A stretch of 64,000 nucleotides of DNA from an uncultured Candidatus Saccharibacteria bacterium (GCA_964649715.1 CAZYTH010000002.1:2248-66247), one strand, 5' to 3'; positions 1 through 10,997 are shown, numbered from the stretch's first letter. Notes: generated from the sequence alone by a model not told the origin. Numbers and translations: made by a program.

Positions 1-368
1 CTGATACAAATATTGGTATTGCCACAACTCTTGCAATAGCACTTCATGAGATACCACAGGAAATAGGTGATTTTGGGGTTCTTTTGTACGCGGGGTATGA
101 AAAGAGAAGAGCACTGTGGCTTAATTACTTGGTGGCGACAACTGTTATTATCGGTGGTGTTGTGGGTTATATATTTAATTTTTTTATAGAAGGTATTATG
201 CCATATCTTCTTCCATTTGCCGCGGGAGGGTTTATCTATATATCCGCCTCAGATCTTATACCAGAGATAAGAAAGGAATCAGATCACAAAAAGTCGCTAA
301 TAAATATAGGCATCTTTGTGCTGGGTGTATTATTAATGTTTGGTATTAAATTAATTCATTTTCATTAA
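1..368 (+). CDS. ZIP family metal cation transporter, C-terminal part (5' end outside window)
   Basis: Frame open from nt 3 with no stop before the listed ATG. HEIPQEIGDFGVL motif and TM-rich C-terminus typical of ZupT/ZIP. Confidence 0.55.
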   Translation, partial: DTNIGIATTLAIALHEIPQEIGDFGVLLYAGYEKRRALWLNYLVATTVIIGGVVGYIFNFFIEGIMPYLLPFAAGGFIYISASDLIPEIRKESDHKKSLINIGIFVLGVLLMFGIKLIHFH

Positions 369-437
369 TTTTGACTCTAAATACAGCTTTGTGTTACCGT
401 GTATTTAGAGAACATTTAAATAAATTTTTTAGGAGGG

Positions 438-815
438 TTGCGCTTGAATATTTTGGATATCGTGTTGATTCTCGTTTGTCTTTTTGCATATAGTTCTTCT
501 GGAGATAAAGAAAGAACCAATCAGCAGATATTTTCTCAAATAGTATCAAGTTCCTATTTGTTTTATCTGTCTTTGATTTTTAGTTTTATTTTTGTCTTTT
601 CTTCTGATCCACAAATACAGTATCGTTCGTTGCTTATGTCTGTTTATGCTCTATTTTGGTGGGTGATGATCGGTGTTGATAGTGAACAGCTGACAGAGAG
701 ATTTGCGAAAGAAAAAAAAGAGATTGAAGATAATCTCAAAAAAAATATCTTAGATTCTGTAAACAAAAAAGAGTCGGATAGTAAGAAGGAAGACGAACAG
801 AAAGGAGAAAAATAA
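438..815 (+). CDS. hypothetical small membrane protein with acidic/lysine-rich C-terminus
   Basis: ORF with N-terminal TM segments; no recognisable domain. Confidence 0.3.
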   Translation: MRLNILDIVLILVCLFAYSSSGDKERTNQQIFSQIVSSSYLFYLSLIFSFIFVFSSDPQIQYRSLLMSVYALFWWVMIGVDSEQLTERFAKEKKEIEDNLKKNILDSVNKKESDSKKEDEQKGEK

Positions 816-994
816 ATGTTTGGAAAAATATTTTTTGCATCATTGGTTGTCTTTTTTGTCATCTGTGTAATTCTAAATTTTCTAAAAAATAAGAAATCAC
901 TCAAGATCACAATTGAGCTTGATGAGATAAGAAAAAATGACGGATTCAATGAAATCCTATGAGTCACTGGCCTCGTTCTAAAAGAACGGGGTTT

Positions 995-1933
995 TTATTC
1001 GCGTGGTATTTTTATCGGATACAATTCTTTGTCTATCTTTCTCTCAAAACAATTTTTACCTGAAGTATGTTTCCAGTTTTCCTGGTTCACTGAGCGAGGA
1101 TAATATACTTCTTTATACATTATATTTTCGTCATCTTTTTGGTTTTCAAGATTAAATTCAGCACATAATTTAAATGTATCTTCTGAGATTATCTCATATT
1201 CATAATTATTTTTTGTGTCTGGGTCAACGGGAGGAATGAAACCAGAGATATCGTCCTTGAGTTCATCAAGCCTTTCTGGTATTTTGCCTTTGGTTTGCCA
1301 ATAATTAATTATTTGTGATTGTGTCTCCTGGAGATGCATTATTCTTGTTTCATCAAATCGCATCATTCTTTGTGTTGCGGGAGAGCCCATTGTATAGAAA
1401 CCAAGCAATATTGAAATAATCACTAGGGAGGTTGATATTCCGAATATTATTTTATTTAAAGAACGTTCATCTTTGAGGCTCAAGAGATAGTATTTTAAAG
1501 TGATAAGAAGTACCAAAAATAAAGATATTATCTTTAGAAAAAATCTCAAGGTTAGTTCACCACCAAGAAAAGTATTTAAAAGAATCACAATGTCTACTGT
1601 GATGGCTATGCCGACAATAAAGATCGTTAAGTATGAGAGCCACTTTCTGATTCCCAGATTTATTTTTTCGGGTTCAATTTCAGTGCTTTTGTTTAATACT
1701 CTCGTAATGTAAATAAAAAATGGGTAAATAATAATAAGACTTGCGATTGCCCATCTAATAGAGTCTGAGTTTGAATAATATGAATAGTAAGCAGGGTCTG
1801 GTATCGCTTTGTCTATGATTGAAAACAAAAGATTCAGAATATTTATTACCACTGAATATAATAGTATTGTCGCACCAAGATTTAGGAAAAAATCCTTGGG
1901 AGACGTTGGTTTTTTAATTGTTTGTGTGTCCAT
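995..1933 (-). CDS. hypothetical integral membrane protein
   Basis: 312-aa ORF with multiple hydrophobic helices in N-terminal two thirds and a soluble C-terminal region. Confidence 0.4.
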   Translation of the reverse strand: MDTQTIKKPTSPKDFFLNLGATILLYSVVINILNLLFSIIDKAIPDPAYYSYYSNSDSIRWAIASLIIIYPFFIYITRVLNKSTEIEPEKINLGIRKWLSYLTIFIVGIAITVDIVILLNTFLGGELTLRFFLKIISLFLVLLITLKYYLLSLKDERSLNKIIFGISTSLVIISILLGFYTMGSPATQRMMRFDETRIMHLQETQSQIINYWQTKGKIPERLDELKDDISGFIPPVDPDTKNNYEYEIISEDTFKLCAEFNLENQKDDENIMYKEVYYPRSVNQENWKHTSGKNCFERKIDKELYPIKIPRE

Positions 1934-2030
1934 TTTTATTTTTTAAAATTATATTTATTGATTAATATATACACCATTTATTTATAGTTGTTTTTCTGTT
2001 AGTATTTCATAATATTATATACTTATTCAT

Positions 2031-3350
2031 ATGAAAGAGATAGATTTAGAAAAAATAAAAAAAGTTCACTTTATCGGTATTGGCGGCATCGGTGTTTCCG
2101 CAATCGCACGGCTTATGCTCGCTAAAGGCAAAAAAGTTACGGGTTGCGACAAGAGTACCTCTATCATAACAGATAGATTGGCTAGTTTGGGTGCGGAAAT
2201 AACCCTTGGTCACAAAGCGGAGAATCTGAAAGAAGATGTTGACCTTGTTGTTTATACAATTGCCATTGAAGGAAACAACCCTGAATTTTTAAGGGCTAAA
2301 GAACTTGGGATTCTAACAATGTCTTATCCAGAAATTCTTGGATTGCTTTCTCGAGAAAAATACACCATAGCTGTTTCTGGCACACACGGCAAAACGACGA
2401 CTACCGCAATGATAGGAAAGATTCTTATTGATGCGAAAAAAGATCCGACTATAATTGTTGGCAGTCTTATGAATGGGCCAATGAGCAATCTTGTTGTTGG
2501 ACAGAGCGAATATCTTGTGGCTGAGGCATGTGAATACAGAAGGTCGTTTCTCAATTTGACCCCGAGAATTGTTGTCATTACAAATATTGATAACGATCAC
2601 TTAGATTATTACAAAGATATTGATGATATTAAAAGTGCATTCAGAGAATTTGCGAGGAAGCTTGGAAAGAGCGATTATCTTGTTTGCAATTTAAGTGATC
2701 CAACAGTACAGAGTATGGTAGAAAACATAGACTGTAATATTGTTGATTATTCAAAGAACGATATTGTTTCTAAATTAAAACTTAAAGTCGTGGGTGACCA
2801 CAATATAGAAAATGCGAAAGCTTCATTTTCTGTCTCCGAAATATTAAAAATTGACGCAAAAATAGCGAAAAATTCGCTTGAAGAATTCTCTGGAACATGG
2901 AGAAGGTTTGAATTCAAAGGAAGAACTGCAAATGGTGTTATGGTATATGATGACTACGCCCATCATCCGACAGAAATAAGAGCGACACTTTCTGGCGCAA
3001 GGCAGTATTTTAAAGACAAAAAGATAGCTGTCATTTTTCAGCCACATCTTTATAGCAGAACGAAATTACTTTTAAATGATTTTGCAAAAAGCTTTGATAA
3101 TGTTGATGCGGTTTTTCTTACAGATATTTATGCAGCGAGGGAGCCAAAAGATGAAAGTATAAGCTCAAAGATTTTGGCTGAAAAAATAAATGAACAGCAT
3201 GAAACAGGATACCATAAAGCTATTTGTGTCGGTAATATAGAAAACTCGGAAAAATATTTAAAGGAAAAAGAGAAAGATTTTGATGTGATAATTACAATGG
3301 GAGCAGGGGATGTATCAGGATTGTCAGACGTTTTGACAAACAAATTCTAA
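2031..3350 (+). CDS. murC: UDP-N-acetylmuramate--L-alanine ligase (Mur ligase family)
   Basis: N-terminal HFIGIGGIGVSAIA Rossmann motif and GTHGKTTTTAMI P-loop, typical of MurC; Mur ligase middle and C domains. Confidence 0.8.
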   Translation: MKEIDLEKIKKVHFIGIGGIGVSAIARLMLAKGKKVTGCDKSTSIITDRLASLGAEITLGHKAENLKEDVDLVVYTIAIEGNNPEFLRAKELGILTMSYPEILGLLSREKYTIAVSGTHGKTTTTAMIGKILIDAKKDPTIIVGSLMNGPMSNLVVGQSEYLVAEACEYRRSFLNLTPRIVVITNIDNDHLDYYKDIDDIKSAFREFARKLGKSDYLVCNLSDPTVQSMVENIDCNIVDYSKNDIVSKLKLKVVGDHNIENAKASFSVSEILKIDAKIAKNSLEEFSGTWRRFEFKGRTANGVMVYDDYAHHPTEIRATLSGARQYFKDKKIAVIFQPHLYSRTKLLLNDFAKSFDNVDAVFLTDIYAAREPKDESISSKILAEKINEQHETGYHKAICVGNIENSEKYLKEKEKDFDVIITMGAGDVSGLSDVLTNKF

Positions 3351-3364
3351 TTTTCAATTTTCAA

Positions 3365-3420
3365 ATACCCCCTTCACAAACGACAGACGATTGTCCGTTG
3401 TTTGTGAAGGGGGTATTTCA
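3365..3420 (+). terminator. long near-perfect hairpin (about 20-bp stem) downstream of murC
   Basis: Inverted repeat atacccccttcacaaacgacag / ccgttgtttgtgaagggggtat seen directly. Confidence 0.4.
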
Positions 3421-3580
3421 ATAATTATCCTCACGAGCTATGAAAATATATTATTTTTTAAATATTAATTTTATTTACTATGGTAATAGATATTTTTTAA
3501 GATTTTGTTTGGTGGGATGTGGTAGATTTTAATAATTTTTAAATATGCTACTATTAAAAAAAATTAATAAAACCATATAA

Positions 3581-4273
3581 ATGTCAATTTTATACGTAGT
3601 GGCAACGCCGATAGGCAATCTGAAAGATATAACATTTCGCGCGGTAGAAGTTTTGAAGTCCGTGGATTTTATAATTTGCGAAGATACCAGAGTTACAAAA
3701 AAACTTTTAGATGCATATGGGATAAATAAGCCAACCATCTCATATCACAAAGCAAGTAAGCTAGAGAGAATAGATAATATCATTGAAATGTTAAGAGAGG
3801 GTAAGAGTTCTGCTCTTGTTTCTGATGCTGGGACACCCACAATTTCTGATCCTGGAAGCTTCCTTATACAAAAGGCGAGAGAGGCTCTGGGTGATGAATT
3901 GTCCGTTGTGCCAATTCCAGGACCATCGGCCCTAATTACAGCAATTTCAGCAAGTGGATTTGGAGAAACAGCTTTTACCTTTTATGGATTCTTGCCACAC
4001 AAGAAGGGACGAGAAACCATTTTCAAAGAAATTGCCAAAAATGAAATAATCTCTGTTTTCTATGAATCGCCCCATCGCTTCATAAAAGCGATTGAGTCAT
4101 TAAAGAAATTTTTACAAGAAGGAAGGAAGATTTGTATCGCACGAGAGCTCACTAAGATTTTTGAAGAAGTGGTGTCCGGCACACCTGAAGATATTTTGAG
4201 ATATTATGCCGACAACCCTGACAAGATAAAGGGAGAGTTTGTTATTATTGTCAGTAGTGGATATAATGAGTAG
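3581..4273 (+). CDS. rsmI: 16S rRNA (cytidine1402-2'-O)-methyltransferase
   Basis: N-terminus LYVVATPIGNLKDITFRAVEVLKSVDFIICEDTRVTKKLL is the RsmI/tetrapyrrole-methylase signature. Confidence 0.85.
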   Translation: MSILYVVATPIGNLKDITFRAVEVLKSVDFIICEDTRVTKKLLDAYGINKPTISYHKASKLERIDNIIEMLREGKSSALVSDAGTPTISDPGSFLIQKAREALGDELSVVPIPGPSALITAISASGFGETAFTFYGFLPHKKGRETIFKEIAKNEIISVFYESPHRFIKAIESLKKFLQEGRKICIARELTKIFEEVVSGTPEDILRYYADNPDKIKGEFVIIVSSGYNE

Positions 4274-4339
4274 ATAGAAGGAAAGTAATCTTTAACCTTA
4301 TTTTTGCTTAATAAAACTTAGTGTTTAATTTATAATCAG

Positions 4340-4531
4340 ATGGAAAAGAAACAAAAAAGGAACAAAATCATATATTTAATTATCGGAATTTATCTCATAT
4401 TAGCCCCAACTGGTTTTATTGGTTTTCCTTCGGTTTTTAAAAATGCCCTATATGTCATTTCTGGTTCTATAATATTGTGGAAGAAATTTATAGAGCCTAA
4501 GGAAGACGAAGAAATTTCAGTCATAAGATAA
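4340..4531 (+). CDS. hypothetical small membrane protein
   Basis: 63-aa ORF with one or two TM helices. Confidence 0.25.
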   Translation: MEKKQKRNKIIYLIIGIYLILAPTGFIGFPSVFKNALYVISGSIILWKKFIEPKEDEEISVIR

Positions 4532-4547
4532 TTTGGGAAAATAAAAA

Positions 4548-5735
4548 ATGAATAAAAGCGGAGGACAAGCAAACTGGCGAAAGATTATGTTTTTGTTTGC
4601 TGTAATATTACTGTCTGCCTCTTTCTTTTATATAAAGTTTATTAAAACAGAAACAGTCGGATATCTCGCACCTCAAGAATTTAAAGAGGATTTATTGGCT
4701 CAAGCGGAAGATTTCAAGCCAGAAATACCCAAGAGGAAAGTTGTTCATGTAGAAACTCCGACCAGCGTTAAGGCGGTCTATATGTCTAGCTGGGTTGCGG
4801 GTACCCCGTCTTTTCGAAACCAGATTATAGAACTCATAGATAGCACAGAGCTAAATGCGGTTGTTATTGATGTAAAAGATTCAACAGGAGTGATTTCTTT
4901 CCCGATGGACGACCCTCTTGTGAAAAGCTACGAACCATTTGAAAACAGGATCAGAGATGTTGAAAATTTAATAGACACTCTACACGAAAAAAATATTTAT
5001 ATAATAGCAAGAGTAACCGTTTTTCAAGATCCGCTCCTTGCTAGTAAAAGAAATGACATTGCTCCTTTCAGAAAAAGCACAGGTGGGTTATGGAAAGACA
5101 GAAAAGGTTTGGCATGGGTGGAGACAGGTTCCACTGAGGTATGGGAGTACAATGTTGCTGTTGCAAAATATGCATACAAAATAGGTTTTGATGAAATAAA
5201 TTTTGATTATATAAGGTTTCCTTCTGATGGCGATATGAATGATATCGGTTATAGATTTTATGACCCCGCCACCACAACGAAAGCCGAAAAGTTGAGAGAG
5301 TTTTTTGAATATCTTCACGGTGAGATGAAGGCTATCGGTGCTCCAATTTCGGCCGATTTTTTTGGTATGACAATGACGAACAAAGACGACTTAAATATCG
5401 GCCAGGTACTTGAAAACGCTATCCCGTATTTTGATTTTATTGCTCCGATGGTTTATCCGTCACACTATCCTACGGGTTTTCATAATTACAAGAATCCTGC
5501 TTCTGTCCCTTATGAGATAATCAGAATATCTATGGATGAGGGAGTAAAGAGAGCTATCAGTGCAAGCTCTACTCCAAATAAACTTAGGCCATGGCTTCAG
5601 GATTTTAATTTGGGTGCGACATACACAGCAGAAATGGTGCGAGCACAGATACAGGCCACTTATGATGCGGGTTTGAATTCGTGGATGTTGTGGGACCCTT
5701 CAAATAAATACACAAGAGGGGCTTTGTTGGAGTAG
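4548..5735 (+). CDS. DUF4015-type putative glycoside hydrolase-like (TIM barrel) protein with N-terminal membrane anchor
   Basis: Signal/anchor then VKAVYMSSWVAGT...AVVIDVKDSTG, recalled as the GHL10/DUF4015 pattern. Confidence 0.45.
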   Translation: MNKSGGQANWRKIMFLFAVILLSASFFYIKFIKTETVGYLAPQEFKEDLLAQAEDFKPEIPKRKVVHVETPTSVKAVYMSSWVAGTPSFRNQIIELIDSTELNAVVIDVKDSTGVISFPMDDPLVKSYEPFENRIRDVENLIDTLHEKNIYIIARVTVFQDPLLASKRNDIAPFRKSTGGLWKDRKGLAWVETGSTEVWEYNVAVAKYAYKIGFDEINFDYIRFPSDGDMNDIGYRFYDPATTTKAEKLREFFEYLHGEMKAIGAPISADFFGMTMTNKDDLNIGQVLENAIPYFDFIAPMVYPSHYPTGFHNYKNPASVPYEIIRISMDEGVKRAISASSTPNKLRPWLQDFNLGATYTAEMVRAQIQATYDAGLNSWMLWDPSNKYTRGALLE

Positions 5736-5904
5736 TCTCATCTATTTTTTGAAGAAGCATGCTCAAGTGTGACGAGTCATTTCTTGGTGTATAATCAGTT
5801 GCAATTCTTTCTTTGACTCACCACCACTATAGTGGTAATATACTAAACTATGTTTAGTCTTTTTTGACTATATCCATTGTTGTTATTATAACTCCACTAA
5901 TTTT

Positions 5905-6849
5905 ATGCAAAAGATAATTTCAATAATCGTTCCGGTTTTTAATGAAGAAAAAAATATTCCTCTTTTAATCTCGGATATCTCAAAAGTTTTTTCTTCTTTG
6001 TCTTATGGATATGAGATTATTTTTGTAAACGACGGTTCAAAAGATAATTCACAACAGTCTATAGAAAGAGTTCTAAGAGAAAATGATCGTGTAAAAAGCA
6101 TAGAGTTTTCAAGAAACTTCGGCAAAGAGGCAGCTACTTCTGCGGGATTGAAATATTCAATTGGTGATGCTGTTATTATCATTGATGCTGACTTGCAACA
6201 TCCGACTTCTCTTATTCCCCAATTTATTGAGCGCTGGGAAAGTGGTTCTGATGTAGTAATCGGCTTGCGAACCAAAACAAAGGGACAATCTCCCATAGAT
6301 GCCTGTTGTTCTTTTCTATACTATAAAATAATCAATGCAATAAGTAGCACCCCCATTGTCCCTGGAGCTACAGATTTTAGACTAATAGATAGGAGGGTTG
6401 TGGATGAATTCAATAGGTTTACTGAACATGAGCGAATCTCTCGAGGGCTTATAGACTGGTTGGGCTTCAAGAGAGAATTTATTGAATTTAAAGCAGGAGA
6501 AAGAGCGAATGGCACAGCCTCTTACTCTTTTTCTAAGCGAGTAAAATTAGCCATGTCTTCTTTTATTATGCACAGCTTGTTTCCTTTAAAATTTGCCGGT
6601 TATCTTGGCATTTTCATTACTACTGCTTCTGGTATCGGTGGACTTGTCATTTTTTTAAATCGTTATGTATTTAATGAAGTTTTTAATTGGAATATTTCAG
6701 GAACAGCACAACTTGCAGTGCTTCTGGTTTTCTTCAATGGTATTATTCTATCTTGTCTCGGCCTTATCGCCCTTTATGTGGGCAATATTCACGATGAAGT
6801 ATTGGGAAGGCCTCTATATGTCATAAGGAGCTCTAAAAATATAAAATAA
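5905..6849 (+). CDS. GT2 polyprenyl-phosphate glycosyltransferase (DPM1/GtrB/ArnC-like) with C-terminal TM helices
   Basis: IISIIVPVFNEE, VNDGSKDNS and IIDADLQHP motifs plus two C-terminal TM segments. Confidence 0.75.
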   Translation: MQKIISIIVPVFNEEKNIPLLISDISKVFSSLSYGYEIIFVNDGSKDNSQQSIERVLRENDRVKSIEFSRNFGKEAATSAGLKYSIGDAVIIIDADLQHPTSLIPQFIERWESGSDVVIGLRTKTKGQSPIDACCSFLYYKIINAISSTPIVPGATDFRLIDRRVVDEFNRFTEHERISRGLIDWLGFKREFIEFKAGERANGTASYSFSKRVKLAMSSFIMHSLFPLKFAGYLGIFITTASGIGGLVIFLNRYVFNEVFNWNISGTAQLAVLLVFFNGIILSCLGLIALYVGNIHDEVLGRPLYVIRSSKNIK

Positions 6850-7944
6850 ATGAAAATCCTTTGGTTCACATGGAAAGATAGAAAAAATCCTTTAGCCGGA
6901 GGGGCGGAAGTGGTGAACGAGGAGCTGGCAAAAAGACTGGCGAATGATGGGCATAATGTCACCTTGCTTGTCGGTGGATTTGACGGATGCGAACCTGAGG
7001 AAAATATAGACGGCTACAAGGTGGTGCGTGTCGGGACCAGATGGACAGTGTATCTGCACGCATATAGATACTACAAGAAACATTTGAAAGGTTGGGCTGA
7101 TTTAGTAATAGATGAAGTAAATACTATTCCATTTTTCTGTAAATATTATGTAAAAGAAAAGAATATACTTTTTATTCATCAGCTGTGTCGTCAAATATGG
7201 TTTTACCAGATGTTTTTCCCTCTTAATATTTTTGGTTTTGTTTTGGAACCGTTTTATCTTTGGCTTTTATCCGATTTAAAGGTTATAACCATTTCAAATA
7301 GCACAAAGAAAGATTTGATGAGATTTGGTTTTAAGCAGGGGAATATAAACATTATAAGCGAAGGGATAGAGATTGAACCGATTAAGGATGTTTCTTTAAT
7401 AAGAAAGTTTGAAAAGCCGACATTGCTCGGGTTCGGAGCTTTTAGAGAGATGAAGCGCACCGATCATATTCTAAAAGCATTTGAAATTGCTAAAGAAAGC
7501 ATGCCTGATTTAAAACTTATTCTGGCTGGCGACTCGTCTGGCGATTATGGTAAAAAAGTGTTAAATTTGATAAAAAATTCAAAATATGCGGATTCTATAA
7601 AATATTTAGGAACGGTTACTATAGAAAAAAAGATAGAATTAATGCAGAGGTCGCACTTGATCGTAGTGACGTCTGTGAAGGAAGGTTGGGGTTTGATAGT
7701 TACCGAAGCTAATTCTCAAGGAACACCCGCAGTGGTCTATAATGTTGATGGTCTGTGCGATGCTGTAAAAGATAACGAAACTGGTCTCGTGTGCCAACAA
7801 AACACCCTTGAAAATTTAGCTGAAAACATGTTAAAGTTGCTAAACAATAAGGAAAAATATCAGAAGTTAAGAGTAAACGCATGGCAGTGGAGCAAAGAAA
7901 TAAATTTTGAAAATAGTTATCGGCAATTTATGGAGGCAATATAA
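6850..7944 (+). CDS. glycosyltransferase family 4 (GT-B fold)
   Basis: C-terminal EGWGLIVTEANSQGTPAVV...ETGLV (EX7E motif) of GT4 enzymes. Confidence 0.65.
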   Translation: MKILWFTWKDRKNPLAGGAEVVNEELAKRLANDGHNVTLLVGGFDGCEPEENIDGYKVVRVGTRWTVYLHAYRYYKKHLKGWADLVIDEVNTIPFFCKYYVKEKNILFIHQLCRQIWFYQMFFPLNIFGFVLEPFYLWLLSDLKVITISNSTKKDLMRFGFKQGNINIISEGIEIEPIKDVSLIRKFEKPTLLGFGAFREMKRTDHILKAFEIAKESMPDLKLILAGDSSGDYGKKVLNLIKNSKYADSIKYLGTVTIEKKIELMQRSHLIVVTSVKEGWGLIVTEANSQGTPAVVYNVDGLCDAVKDNETGLVCQQNTLENLAENMLKLLNNKEKYQKLRVNAWQWSKEINFENSYRQFMEAI

Positions 7945-7947
7945 AAA

Positions 7948-8757
7948 ATGAAAGAACCAAAAGTTTCGGTGATAATACCGACGAAAAATTCATCCAAAAC
8001 GCTTGAAGCCTGCTTGAGATCCGTCAAAGAACAGACATATAAAAATATTGAGATAGTTGTTGTTGATAATAATTCTACCGACAATACCAAAGAAATAGCA
8101 GGCAAATATGCGGATAAAGTTTTTAATAAAGGTCCGGAAAGAAGCGCACAGGTTAATTTTGGGGTTGAACAGGCGGATGGTTTTTTTGTTTATAAAGTTG
8201 ATTCGGACTTTATTTTGGATCAGAGAGTTGTTGAGGAGTGTATAAATAAGACAGAAGAAGGATATGATGCCATTGTCGTTCATAATTCTCCGGATATTAG
8301 GGTTTCGTGGATCGCTAGATTAAGAAAGTTTGAAGTTGATATGTATAAATACGACATTGTCCATTCATCGGCACGTTTTGTTGCAAAAGATGTTTATAAA
8401 AATATTGGCGGTTTTAATGAAAAAATTATAGCAGGAGAAGATTATGATTTTCAAAATAAGTTGAACCGTGGCGGATATAAGACGGGCTTTATCGATGCAG
8501 AGGCCCTTCATTTGGGCGAGCCGACCGAATTTTGGCCACATATGAAAAAATATTACGAATATGGAAAAGATTTTGTTAACTACGTAAATGAAAACAAATT
8601 TGAATCAGGGAAACAATTAGGCTTTTTAAGAGGTGTTTATATTAAAAATTGGAAAAAGTTTTTATTTCACCCCATTACTGGTCTAGGGTTTATTTTTTAT
8701 AATATTTCAAAATATGGATTCGGAGGGTTGGGGTATTTTATGTCAAAAATTAAATAA
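7948..8757 (+). CDS. glycosyltransferase family 2
   Basis: KVSVIIPTKNSSKTLEACLRSVKEQTYKNIEIVVVDNNSTD N-terminal GT-A signature. Confidence 0.7.
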   Translation: MKEPKVSVIIPTKNSSKTLEACLRSVKEQTYKNIEIVVVDNNSTDNTKEIAGKYADKVFNKGPERSAQVNFGVEQADGFFVYKVDSDFILDQRVVEECINKTEEGYDAIVVHNSPDIRVSWIARLRKFEVDMYKYDIVHSSARFVAKDVYKNIGGFNEKIIAGEDYDFQNKLNRGGYKTGFIDAEALHLGEPTEFWPHMKKYYEYGKDFVNYVNENKFESGKQLGFLRGVYIKNWKKFLFHPITGLGFIFYNISKYGFGGLGYFMSKIK

Positions 8758-8828
8758 ATGATTTTTCGATAAAACATTCTTTGGGAGAATTCTTTTTGTC
8801 GGCGTCGTAAAAAATTAATTGTAGATTT

Positions 8829-9851
8829 ATGAAAAAAGTTTCTATTTATGGTATCGGTAATTTTGGCTATGCGATATTGAAGCATTTAAGCAACAAAATT
8901 GATGGTGGGCAATTTTCTCTTTGTGTTTACGATAGAGACGAAGATTTAAGAGAGAGCATTAGAAATAAAAGGACACACACAACACACCATAAGGGGATAA
9001 GGATAAACGAAGGAGTGAAAGTGGCGGAATCCGTAAAAGATTTAATTTCTCAGACAGATATTTTAATCCTTGCGGTAGCATCTCCTGCCATAAAAAAGGT
9101 TTTAAAGGAGATTCGGAAGCACATAGACAAAAAGATAATAATTTTAAATACCGCCAAGGCCTTGGACTCTGTGAATGGAGAGAGATTCTCTGTTATCATC
9201 GAAAGAATATTGAGTGATGTTTCGCCCCAAATAAATGTGGCAGTTCTGTCGGGGGGTACAATAGCAAAAGATCTTTTTAACGAGAATCCTCTGGGAGTGG
9301 ATATTGCTTGCAAAGACATACAAATAGCGAAAGAGTTAAAAGATGTATTTATGTCCAACAATTTAAACGTTTACACAACAAAGGATATTGCTGGTGTTGA
9401 ATATGCGGGGGCTTTTAAAAATGTCGTGTCTATTTTGGCTGGTATAATGAATGGGGCGGGTTTTTCATATGGATCAGAAACCCATATAATATCTCGCTTA
9501 TCTGGAGAGATTAAAAATTTGTCTGTAACCAAGTTGGGGGCAAAAAATGAGACGTTTTCAATAGAAAGTCAATGTTGGGGGAACGATATGTTTATGAGTG
9601 CGACAGGAAATACAAGAAATAGAGAGTTTGGAGTTTTGATTGGTGGGGGATATAATACGAAAAATGCTCTTGAAAAAATGACGAAAGAAAACAAGACAGT
9701 TGAGGGAATAAACACCACAAAAGTTATAAAGAAGATTATAAAAAAGCATAATTTCAACGCACCTATACTTTCTGCCGTAAATGATATTATCCTTAAGAAC
9801 AAAGACCCAAAAAAGACGATATTGTCTCTAATGTCATCAAAAATTATTTAA
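8829..9851 (+). CDS. gpsA: NAD(P)H-dependent glycerol-3-phosphate dehydrogenase
   Basis: N-terminal Rossmann (VSIYGIGNFG). Central AFKNVVSILAGIMNG..., TRNREFG and VEG..TK blocks align with GpsA (ALKNVIAI.., SRNRRFG). Confidence 0.65.
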   Translation: MKKVSIYGIGNFGYAILKHLSNKIDGGQFSLCVYDRDEDLRESIRNKRTHTTHHKGIRINEGVKVAESVKDLISQTDILILAVASPAIKKVLKEIRKHIDKKIIILNTAKALDSVNGERFSVIIERILSDVSPQINVAVLSGGTIAKDLFNENPLGVDIACKDIQIAKELKDVFMSNNLNVYTTKDIAGVEYAGAFKNVVSILAGIMNGAGFSYGSETHIISRLSGEIKNLSVTKLGAKNETFSIESQCWGNDMFMSATGNTRNREFGVLIGGGYNTKNALEKMTKENKTVEGINTTKVIKKIIKKHNFNAPILSAVNDIILKNKDPKKTILSLMSSKII

Positions 9852-9859
9852 TTTTTAAA

Positions 9860-10258
9860 ATGGGAAAAACTATATTAACATACGGTACTTATGATTTGTT
9901 GCATGAAGGCCACATAAAGTTGTTAAAAAGAGCTAAGGCACTCGGTGATTTTTTGATAGTTGGTTTATCGACTGATGAGTTTAATAAAACGAAAGGTAAG
10001 AATAGTTTTATTTCCTATCAACAAAGGAAAATTGTGCTTGAGGCAATAAAATATGTTGATAAGGTAATACCTGAAAATGATTGGGTTCAAAAGATAAGAG
10101 ATATCAAAAAATACAAAGTGGATATTTTTGTGATGGGTGACGATTGGAAGGATAAATTTGATGATTTGAATAAATTTTGTAAAGTAAAATACCTTAAAAG
10201 AACTAAAAATGTTTCTACCACTGATTTAAAAAAAGATATTATTAATAAGAATAAATAA
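9860..10258 (+). CDS. tagD: glycerol-3-phosphate cytidylyltransferase
   Basis: ILTYGTYDLLHEGHIKLLKRAK (HxGH cytidylyltransferase motif), about 130 aa like TagD/TarD. Confidence 0.85.
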   Translation: MGKTILTYGTYDLLHEGHIKLLKRAKALGDFLIVGLSTDEFNKTKGKNSFISYQQRKIVLEAIKYVDKVIPENDWVQKIRDIKKYKVDIFVMGDDWKDKFDDLNKFCKVKYLKRTKNVSTTDLKKDIINKNK

Positions 10259-10262
10259 AATA

Positions 10263-10997
10263 ATGTTAGATAAAATCAAGACTTTTTTTCATGAATTATC
10301 GAGACCAATGCCGTTGGATAATAATTTTAACGATTACGATGAATATTGGAAGAATCGTGGTTTTCACGCACCCTCACAGCATAGGGCGGAAATAATATCA
10401 AAATATATTGAGCCCGGCTCAAGAATATTAGATATTGGTTGTGGCGATGGTACTATTATCGAATATTTAAGCAAGAACAATAAACCCAGGGAAATAGTCG
10501 GAATAGACATATCCAAAAGGGCCGTTGAATATGTAAAAGAAAAAGGATATGAGGCTTATGAAATGGATATTTTGTCGGAAGATTTTAATAAATTTTTAGA
10601 TGGTAAAAAGTTTGATTATATAATAATAACTGAAGTTTTAGAGCATATTATAGACCCAGAAAAGGTTATTGTTGCAGTAAAAGAAAAATTTAATAAATCA
10701 GTTTTTATCTCAATCCCGAATGCCGGTTTTTTTGTTCATAGATTAAGATTTCTATTTGGAAGATTTCCTGTTGTGATGGTTAACGAGCATGTAAAAGAAC
10801 ACATCCGCTTTTGGACGATGAAAGACTTTATTTATTGGGCAAAATATCATGGTTTTTCTGTCGAAAAAGTAATTGTTTCGGCTGGGTTAGGTTTTAGACC
10901 GCTCGTGTTTTTGGAAAATTTATTTCCTTCGTTATTTGGAAATCAGATAATTTATAAAATTATTTTAAAAGATGAAGATAAACAAGAAAGATATTGA
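10263..10997 (+). CDS. class I SAM-dependent methyltransferase
   Basis: ILDIGCGDGTII motif I; acidic residue after beta2. Confidence 0.6.
   Translation: MLDKIKTFFHELSRPMPLDNNFNDYDEYWKNRGFHAPSQHRAEIISKYIEPGSRILDIGCGDGTIIEYLSKNNKPREIVGIDISKRAVEYVKEKGYEAYEMDILSEDFNKFLDGKKFDYIIITEVLEHIIDPEKVIVAVKEKFNKSVFISIPNAGFFVHRLRFLFGRFPVVMVNEHVKEHIRFWTMKDFIYWAKYHGFSVEKVIVSAGLGFRPLVFLENLFPSLFGNQIIYKIILKDEDKQERY

Noticed and set aside
2313-3343. Several minus-strand ORFs of 60-95 aa inside murC.
   Set aside because: They are antisense to a well-supported gene and show no domain signatures.
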